From Nocardioides sp. (GTDB lineage: Bacteria > Actinomycetota > Actinomycetes > Propionibacteriales > Nocardioidaceae), in assembly GCA_035759395.1 (NCBI GenBank), contig DASTUX010000101.1, positions 1-53,465 on the forward strand: a stretch of DNA of 53,465 nt. Reading direction: 5' to 3'. The notes below the pieces were generated by a model, which searched no databases, was not told the origin of the DNA, and was given only the letters and a program-made list of their open reading frames with translations. Below, piece by piece: positions 27,504-33,914 of this stretch. Within the stretch, counting starts at the first letter, position 1. Every line of letters starts with the position of its first letter. The position numbers and the translations under genes are program-made.

Positions 27504-28241
27504 CTAGGAAGACAGGCGAGTCGGGGCATGCCCTAAATCGGGCATCTCGTGGCGTCGGGTGCTGCTCGTCGGCCGCCAGTTCACGTGGTGGGCCGCCCCC
27601 ACCGCAGCCAGCTGCGAGGAGACGTTCAGCTTGGCCAGGATGGACTTGACCTGGGTGCGCACCGTCGCCTCCGACACGACGCCCATCCGGGCGATGTCAC
27701 GGACGGCGTGGCCGTCCATCAGGTGGCCCAGGATGTCCCGTTCCCGTGGGGTCAGCTCCTCGAGGCGGACCCGGACCAGCTGCATCTCGTTCTTCTCCTG
27801 CTGGTAGCTGCGCAGGAGGCTCTCGCGCTCCTCGCGGCTCATCACGGGGAGGCCCTCGTTCAGCCGGCGGACCGTGGAGAGGATGGAGTTGAGCGGTGCG
27901 GTCTTGCAGAGCACGGTGCGGGCGCCGTACCTGAGGCACTCACCCCAGCGGGCCGCGTCGGCGGACGCGGTGACCACGGCGACGAACACGCCGCTGCGGG
28001 CCAGTGGCTCGATGAGACGGGCGCCGTTGCCCGCTGCACCGAGGTCCAGGTCGAGCAGCACGATGTGCGGACGGGCCCGCAGGATCGCCGGGAGCAGGAG
28101 GGAGGCCGAGCCCGTCGAGGACGAGACCGGGATCCGGTGCACGTCGTAGCCCTCGAGCGTGAGCGCGACGTCGAGCGACTCGGCGAAGAGTGCGTGGTCC
28201 TCGACGAGGACCACCCGGGTCAGTGCTCGTGGGCGCGGCAT
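27504..28241 (-). CDS. LuxR/NarL-family response regulator
   Basis: LVEDH, IVLLDL (phospho-Asp), VVT, VLCK; LTPRERDIL...EATVRTQVKSILAKL HTH. Confidence 0.93.
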   Translation of the reverse strand: MPRPRALTRVVLVEDHALFAESLDVALTLEGYDVHRIPVSSSTGSASLLLPAILRARPHIVLLDLDLGAAGNGARLIEPLARSGVFVAVVTASADAARWGECLRYGARTVLCKTAPLNSILSTVRRLNEGLPVMSREERESLLRSYQQEKNEMQLVRVRLEELTPRERDILGHLMDGHAVRDIARMGVVSEATVRTQVKSILAKLNVSSQLAAVGAAHHVNWRPTSSTRRHEMPDLGHAPTRLSS

Positions 28242-29926
28242 GACGACCTCGTGAGGATGGTCGGAAGCTCGACGGTGAACGTCGCCCCTCCCACCGGAAG
28301 ATCCTGCTCGAGACGCAGGCTCCCCCCGAGATCGAGTGTGAGTCGGTGGGCGATGTGCAGCCCGATGCCCTGTCCGACAGAGCTCTTCTGGTGCGTGCCC
28401 CGGTCGAACACGCTGTCCACCAGCGACGGGGTCACGCCACGTCCGGTGTCCGACACGCGCACCTCGACCCGGTCCTGCACCGCATCGACCTGCACGGAGA
28501 TCACCGAGCCGGCCGCATGTCGGGCCGCGTTGTCGAGCAGGATGTGGACGACCTCGGCGACGTCGTCGGCACGACCGGTCGCCCAGAACCCCGAGGGCTC
28601 CCACCGGACGTCGTGCCCGGTGGCGCGCAAAGAGACGACCAGGGGAGCGATGACGTCGTCGAGGGAGACGAGACCGACCGGGCCGCGTGAGTCGTTGGCC
28701 AGCATCCGCTCGAGGCGTGCCAGCTCGGAGTCGTGCATGCGCTGGAGACGGTTCCGGGTCAGACCCCGGAGGTCCGCGTCCTCACTGCCGAGGAGCTGGG
28801 CCGCCGAGGCGATCCCGGCGACGGTGGAACGGAGCTCGTGCAGGGTCTCCTCGTGGCGTCGGTTGCTCGCTTCCGCGCGGGCGGCCCGGACGCTCAGTGC
28901 CCGGATCTGGCGTGCGTGGTTGTTGCCGGCCGAGCGGGCGAGCTCCAGGGCGACGACGCACACCAGGACGGCGCCGAACAGGTTCAGGGCCACCGCCGAT
29001 CCCTGCCACCACGCGTCCCGGCCCACCTCGATCGGGACCAGCACCGGGCTCAGTGTCACGGCGGCGACCCCGAAGGTGAGGGGGAGGCGGGCCGCGCGAC
29101 GCAGCACGGCGACGGAGGCCATCGTCAGCGCCGTGAGCACACCGATGACAGTCAGCAGGCTGCGGGTCGCCGGGCTCCCGGTCGCCCCGAGGGCCAGGAC
29201 ATCCGTACGGACCAGCACCAGGTGCACGACGGCGACGGCGACGCCGACGATCGCGCCAAGCGCCAGCGGGTCGAGGCGGTGGGGCACGGGGACCTGGCGG
29301 GCGGCCAGGACCGTCATCGTCAGGGCAACGCTGCTCGTGAGGACGATGAACGGCCCCGCCATGGGGAGCGGGGCGTAGTCGCCCGGAGTCGCGATGGCCA
29401 GCAGTGCCAGCGGGGTCGCGTGGACCGCGGGGACGACCACCGCGGCGGCCAACCAGCCCGTGGCCGCCTCGCGGGCGACCCGCCAGTGCAGGTAGAGCAT
29501 GGTCGCGCCGAACATCATCACGATCTGCGCGGCGGCCCATCCGGTCGCCTCGCTGGACAGGATGACGGTCTCGGTCGCGGGGAGCAGCACGACCCCGGCC
29601 AGTGTGGGGATGAGGACGGCCGTGAGGAACGCCGCGAAGATCGGCAGCGGGAACTTGATGGTCTCCCGCTGCCCGCCCTCGATCCACCCGTCGTCGGCGT
29701 CCAGCTCGCGGTCGAGCTCGACGTCGAGGTCGAGGTCGACCGTGGAGGAGAACTCGGTGGGGAGCGACGGCCACGCCTGGGCCTGCTCGACCGGGCTGTG
29801 GCCCTCGTCGGTCCCGCGGAGGAAGGTCAGCCGGGGCTGCTCGTTGTCGCCCGGTGCTGCCGTGGGCGGTGCGCGGAAGCCGGTGGATCGGATGTCGGCG
29901 ATCTCCGCGGTGTCGCGAGCGTGCAT
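28220..29926 (-). CDS. membrane sensor histidine kinase (HisKA + HATPase_c)
   Basis: About 8 TM; HELRS H-box, LLDNAARH N-box, SDTGRG, FDRG, GQGIGL. Confidence 0.92.
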   Translation of the reverse strand: MHARDTAEIADIRSTGFRAPPTAAPGDNEQPRLTFLRGTDEGHSPVEQAQAWPSLPTEFSSTVDLDLDVELDRELDADDGWIEGGQRETIKFPLPIFAAFLTAVLIPTLAGVVLLPATETVILSSEATGWAAAQIVMMFGATMLYLHWRVAREAATGWLAAAVVVPAVHATPLALLAIATPGDYAPLPMAGPFIVLTSSVALTMTVLAARQVPVPHRLDPLALGAIVGVAVAVVHLVLVRTDVLALGATGSPATRSLLTVIGVLTALTMASVAVLRRAARLPLTFGVAAVTLSPVLVPIEVGRDAWWQGSAVALNLFGAVLVCVVALELARSAGNNHARQIRALSVRAARAEASNRRHEETLHELRSTVAGIASAAQLLGSEDADLRGLTRNRLQRMHDSELARLERMLANDSRGPVGLVSLDDVIAPLVVSLRATGHDVRWEPSGFWATGRADDVAEVVHILLDNAARHAAGSVISVQVDAVQDRVEVRVSDTGRGVTPSLVDSVFDRGTHQKSSVGQGIGLHIAHRLTLDLGGSLRLEQDLPVGGATFTVELPTILTRSSCRAHEH

Positions 29927-30051
29927 TGGGGCCCCCTATGTCTCACGACAAGTTGTCCCAGCCCACTCACAACAAACCATCAACGGGGCGCAAAGACACC
30001 GTTGATCACGCCGGATCGGTCGAAAGATCGTCCAGCCCTACGCGGCGCGCC

Positions 30052-30549
30052 TCATTGCCAGGGGAAGTGGCGCCGCTGCTCTGCCGATGTCGACGATCCC
30101 CCCTGTTGCCTGCGCACCGCATCGGCCAAATGGGTGATAGACGTGGCCGGCGACGGGTCCCCGGTGAGGGCGCCGGACCCCGTCTGACGCAGGTGCAGCA
30201 GGATCACGGAGGCGCTCTCGACGAACTCCTTGAGCGCGGCCGACACCCCTTCGTCGGGACCGGGCCGGCCGCTGTGGAGGGTGAGCACGCCGACCCTGAC
30301 CTGGCCGGGCTCCTCGCCCGGGGCCGCGTCCGGGACGGCGTCGAGGTCGTGCCGGGTCGTCTCGAGATCGGCGTCGCAGGATCCCGCCGCCGCGAGGGGC
30401 ACGAGCGTCCCGTCCTCGCCGACCAGCGCGATGCTGGCACCCGCGACGCCGAGGGCGTCGACGGCCTCCTCGCAGAGCAGCTCGGGCAGGGAGACCCCTG
30501 CCCGCACCCGGTCCATGAGTGCACACAACAAGTTCGCGACCGCGGTCAC
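30052..30549 (-). CDS. short GAF-like protein
   Basis: LCEEAVDALGVAGASIAL and RVGVLTLHS resemble GAF first and last elements; TAGCAT -10-like hexamer upstream. Confidence 0.5.
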   Translation of the reverse strand: MTAVANLLCALMDRVRAGVSLPELLCEEAVDALGVAGASIALVGEDGTLVPLAAAGSCDADLETTRHDLDAVPDAAPGEEPGQVRVGVLTLHSGRPGPDEGVSAALKEFVESASVILLHLRQTGSGALTGDPSPATSITHLADAVRRQQGGSSTSAEQRRHFPWQ

Positions 30550-30655
30550 CGAACCCCCCGATCCTGTGGGTGGAGCCGAACTGGAGTGATGCTAGTGCCT
30601 CCTCCCGCGATCCTCGGCGGGTTGGACGAGGGATTTGCGCCACTACGCTGGCCGC

Positions 30656-31534
30656 GTGCGCATCGACCTCCACACCCACTCGCGGGCCAGCGACGGCACG
30701 CAGACACCGACTCAGCTCGTCCGGGCCGCGGCGGAGGCGGGGCTCGACGTCATGGCGATCACCGACCACGACACGGCCGACGGGTGGGCGGAGGCCGAGG
30801 GCGCTGCGCGTCAGGTCGGACTGGGCCTCGTGTGCGGGATGGAGATCAGCACGCGGCACGACGGCCACGGCGTGCACCTGCTGGCCTACCTGCCGGACCC
30901 GTCGTACCCGCCCCTCGCGGAGGAGCTCGACCGGATCCTCGGGGGTCGCCGGTCCCGGCTGCCGGCCATGCTGGAGCGCCTCCGTGAGGTGGGGGTCGAC
31001 ATCGACGCCGACGACGTACGACGCGTGTCCGGGGACACCGCCGCGACCGGGCGTCCGCATGTCGCCGATGCGCTGGTGGCGCTCGGAGTGGTGCGGGACC
31101 GCGGCGAGGCGTTCGCCCGCTATCTCAACCCGGGTCGGCCGGCCCACGCGCAGCGGTATGCCGCGCCCCTCGAGTCGATGATCCGGATCGTCGGTGAGGC
31201 CGGGGGAGTCACCGTCATCGCCCACCCGTGGGGGCGTCACGGGCAGGACCGGCCCGACGAGGCCGCACTCGCCGAGCTGGTCGGCGCGGGGCTGGCCGGC
31301 ATCGAGGTCGACCACGAGGACCATCCCCCGGCGACCCGCGAGCGGCTGCGCGCCATCGCGGCCAACCTCGGACTCGTGGTCACCGGCTCGAGCGACCACC
31401 ACGGCACGGGCAAGGTCGACCACGAGCTGGGCTGCAACACCACGGCGCCGGAGGAGTACCACCGACTGCTCGACCTGGCGTCGACCGCCGCGGCGGCGTC
31501 GGGGCGCCGGACCCCGGACGTCGTGGCCGGCTGA
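30656..31534 (+). CDS. PHP domain protein (TrpH/YciV-like)
   Basis: IDLHTHSRASDG, AITDHDT, HLLAY, GRPHVA, IAHP, TGSSDHHG; TACGCT hexamer 6 nt before GTG. Confidence 0.95.
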   Translation: MRIDLHTHSRASDGTQTPTQLVRAAAEAGLDVMAITDHDTADGWAEAEGAARQVGLGLVCGMEISTRHDGHGVHLLAYLPDPSYPPLAEELDRILGGRRSRLPAMLERLREVGVDIDADDVRRVSGDTAATGRPHVADALVALGVVRDRGEAFARYLNPGRPAHAQRYAAPLESMIRIVGEAGGVTVIAHPWGRHGQDRPDEAALAELVGAGLAGIEVDHEDHPPATRERLRAIAANLGLVVTGSSDHHGTGKVDHELGCNTTAPEEYHRLLDLASTAAAASGRRTPDVVAG

Positions 31535-31552
31535 CACGCGACGGCGGGGCCG

Positions 31553-32194
31553 TCAGGCGCTCTGCTGGGCGAGGTGGCTGCCGAGCTTGTGCCGGATGCG
31601 TTGCAGGGCGTTGTCGATCGACTTCGCGCCGCGCTGCAGGGTCACGGCGATCTCCCGGTAGCCCACGCCGTCGATGTGGAGCCGCAGGACCTCGACCTCG
31701 AGGTCGGACAGTGCGACGTCCACGTGGTCGTGCAGGTCCCGGATCCGCTCCGCGCAGACCACCTGCTCGGCGGGATCGGTGAACGCCGACGCTGGCAGGA
31801 CGTCCGCCAGGGTCGGGTCCCCGCCCGCGTCGCCGGCGCCGACCAGCACGGGTCGGTGGAACGACACGTAGTGGTTGAGCGGGCGGTGCTTGTGCCGGGT
31901 GGCCGTGCGGATCGCCGTGAGGATCTGGCGGGAGATGCAGAGCTCCGCGAAGGTGCGGAAGCTGGCCTCACGCTCCGGGTCGAACTCCCGGACAGCCCGG
32001 TAGAGGCCGATCATGCCCTCCTGGACGACGTCGTCGTGGTCCGCGCCGACCAGGAAGTAGCAGCGCGCCCGGGCCCGCGCGACGGGGCGGTAGCGGAGCA
32101 GCAGGGTGTCGAGCGCCTCGTCGTCGCCTTCCCGGGCTCGCGCCACCAGCGTCTCGTCGGAGACGTCGGGGACCGGCGCGGGGGCGGGGAACAC
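31553..32194 (-). CDS. sigH: RNA polymerase sigma factor, Spo0H/sigma-H type
   Basis: YFLVGADHDDVVQEGMIGLY, SFRTFAELCISRQILTAIRTATRHKHRPLN, LSDLE, KSIDNALQRIRHKL; start approximate. Confidence 0.88.
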   Translation of the reverse strand: MFPAPAPVPDVSDETLVARAREGDDEALDTLLLRYRPVARARARCYFLVGADHDDVVQEGMIGLYRAVREFDPEREASFRTFAELCISRQILTAIRTATRHKHRPLNHYVSFHRPVLVGAGDAGGDPTLADVLPASAFTDPAEQVVCAERIRDLHDHVDVALSDLEVEVLRLHIDGVGYREIAVTLQRGAKSIDNALQRIRHKLGSHLAQQSA

Positions 32195-32231
32195 GTCCTC
32201 CCAACGACCCTGTCCGGGGAAGGTGACGCGG

Positions 32232-33818
32232 TCAGCCGGGCGGGGCCGCGGTGTCGCGCACGGCGACGAGGCCCCCGAGCGTTCCGACGTACGCCGTCCC
32301 GTCCGGGCCGAGCGTGATCGGGGCGTAGTTGTTGTTGTAGCCCAGTCCGACACCGGTGAAGACCGACCAGACCCGACGACCGGTGCGGGCGTCGAGGGCG
32401 GTGAGGTACCACGGGTCCTCGGGGCCGGTCGCGGGCTCGCCCGAGGTGTAGCGGACCTCGTCGCCGGCCGGGTGCTCGTAGACGTAGACGAGCCCGGTGG
32501 CAGTGGACGCCTTGCTCACGCTCGACGGGACCCGCACCCGCTTGTTGTCCCAGGCCCGGTGGCAGCCGCCGCGCGCGTAGTCGACGACGACCCGGGTCAC
32601 CCCCGGCACGGTGGTCGGGGTGTTGCGGGACGGGTTGCCCGAGGGCGGGTTCTGCTCCGGGCCGGTGTAGCCGTAGTTGTTCTCCACGACGATCGAGCGC
32701 CCGAAGGCGATCAGCGAGTTGTCGGTGTCCCCGCGACGGCGCGGGAAGACGGGCATGGAGCAGAGCGGCCGGCTGCCGGGACCGCGCCGGCCTGCCCGGT
32801 AGACGAGCACGTGCATCCGCGGGTCCGCGTTGTCGGTGATGGCGACGTAGTGGTGCCGGCCGCGCCGGATGACCGTCGGCGTGGTGCCTGAGCCGAGCTG
32901 GCTCTGCCCGGGCTTCTGGCGGGTGCCCGCGTCGTAGCTCTTGCGCCACGTGACCCTCGGACCGCCCGCCGGACCGGCGTCGAACCGGTAGAGCGCCCGG
33001 TCCGACACGACGAAGACGGCACCGGTCTCGTCGACCGCGACCGAGTTCCCGATGCTCTCGTGGGGCAGCCGGACCGACCGCGTCGCGCCGGTCCGCGGGT
33101 TCACGACCCCCACCACGCCCGACTTGGTGACGAACCAGATCCTGCCGTCCCAGTCCGGCAGCGCCGAGAGGATCACCGAGTCGCCGACCTGGCGCGACAC
33201 GTCGTACTGCCTGCGGAGCGTGAGCGTCGGGGAGTCGGTCGTGCCGGTCTCCGCGATGACGTCGATCGTGCCGGCCGAGGTGGGGACCACCACGCGGTCG
33301 CGGTGGTCGAGGTAGAAGTAGCCGCCACCGCCGAAGGAGGTGAACGGAGTGGTCGAGGGCTGACGCGGCGGCAGCGAGTAGCTCGCGAGGACGTCCAGCG
33401 TCTCCGGGTCGAGCAGCCGCAGGGTGACCGTCTCGACGCCCACGCAGACCGTGAGCAGGCGTCCCTGTCGGTCGAACGTCACCGACGCGCACTCCTGCGT
33501 GAACAGGGTGGAGACGACCTCGGGGGAGTAGCCCAGCGGCCCGGGGGTCGGCCCGGCGTCGGACTGGAAGGCGTCGTCGTGCAGGTTGCTGCGGCCGTTG
33601 GCCGCCATGAACGGGTGCCGGGGCGCGAAGCGGACGTGGGGGATGGGGTGAGCCGGCCGCGGCGCCCCGAGGAACGCCTCGACGCTCGACGCACCCGGGT
33701 CCTGAGGAATGGGTACGGCGCCGGCCGGGCTCGACAGCTGCACCGTTGTCGGGGCGACCAGGGCGAGCACGGCGGCCGCCACGGCGAGGCGACGGGAGCG
33801 AGGGCGGGAAAGGCGCAT
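32232..33818 (-). CDS. secreted beta-propeller-like conserved hypothetical protein
   Basis: Arg-rich signal peptide; HPFMA...SNLHDD, GGGYFYLD, PDWDGRIWF, GSGTTPT, NNNYAP. Confidence 0.75.
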   Translation of the reverse strand: MRLSRPRSRRLAVAAAVLALVAPTTVQLSSPAGAVPIPQDPGASSVEAFLGAPRPAHPIPHVRFAPRHPFMAANGRSNLHDDAFQSDAGPTPGPLGYSPEVVSTLFTQECASVTFDRQGRLLTVCVGVETVTLRLLDPETLDVLASYSLPPRQPSTTPFTSFGGGGYFYLDHRDRVVVPTSAGTIDVIAETGTTDSPTLTLRRQYDVSRQVGDSVILSALPDWDGRIWFVTKSGVVGVVNPRTGATRSVRLPHESIGNSVAVDETGAVFVVSDRALYRFDAGPAGGPRVTWRKSYDAGTRQKPGQSQLGSGTTPTVIRRGRHHYVAITDNADPRMHVLVYRAGRRGPGSRPLCSMPVFPRRRGDTDNSLIAFGRSIVVENNYGYTGPEQNPPSGNPSRNTPTTVPGVTRVVVDYARGGCHRAWDNKRVRVPSSVSKASTATGLVYVYEHPAGDEVRYTSGEPATGPEDPWYLTALDARTGRRVWSVFTGVGLGYNNNYAPITLGPDGTAYVGTLGGLVAVRDTAAPPG

Positions 33819-33914
33819 GCATCTCTCTTCGACGGCCTCGGGCTCTTTCCTCCCCACGTTGGCAAGTCCCCCGGGCGGGAAGGAAATCCGGGACCGGCGT
33901 CGAACAGACCAGCC

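Noticed and set aside
8091-30595. TGCTAG at both edges of the glycan locus (8091, 30590) as a target-site duplication
   Set aside because: Only 6 bp; the left copy contains the SARP stop codon and the right copy overlaps a TAGCAT -10-like hexamer; no recombinase present
30656-31534. PHP protein as the CpsB-type tyrosine phosphatase of the glycan locus
   Set aside because: Motifs (GRPHVA insert, IAHP) fit the housekeeping TrpH/YciV type, and the co-polymerase has no Tyr cluster
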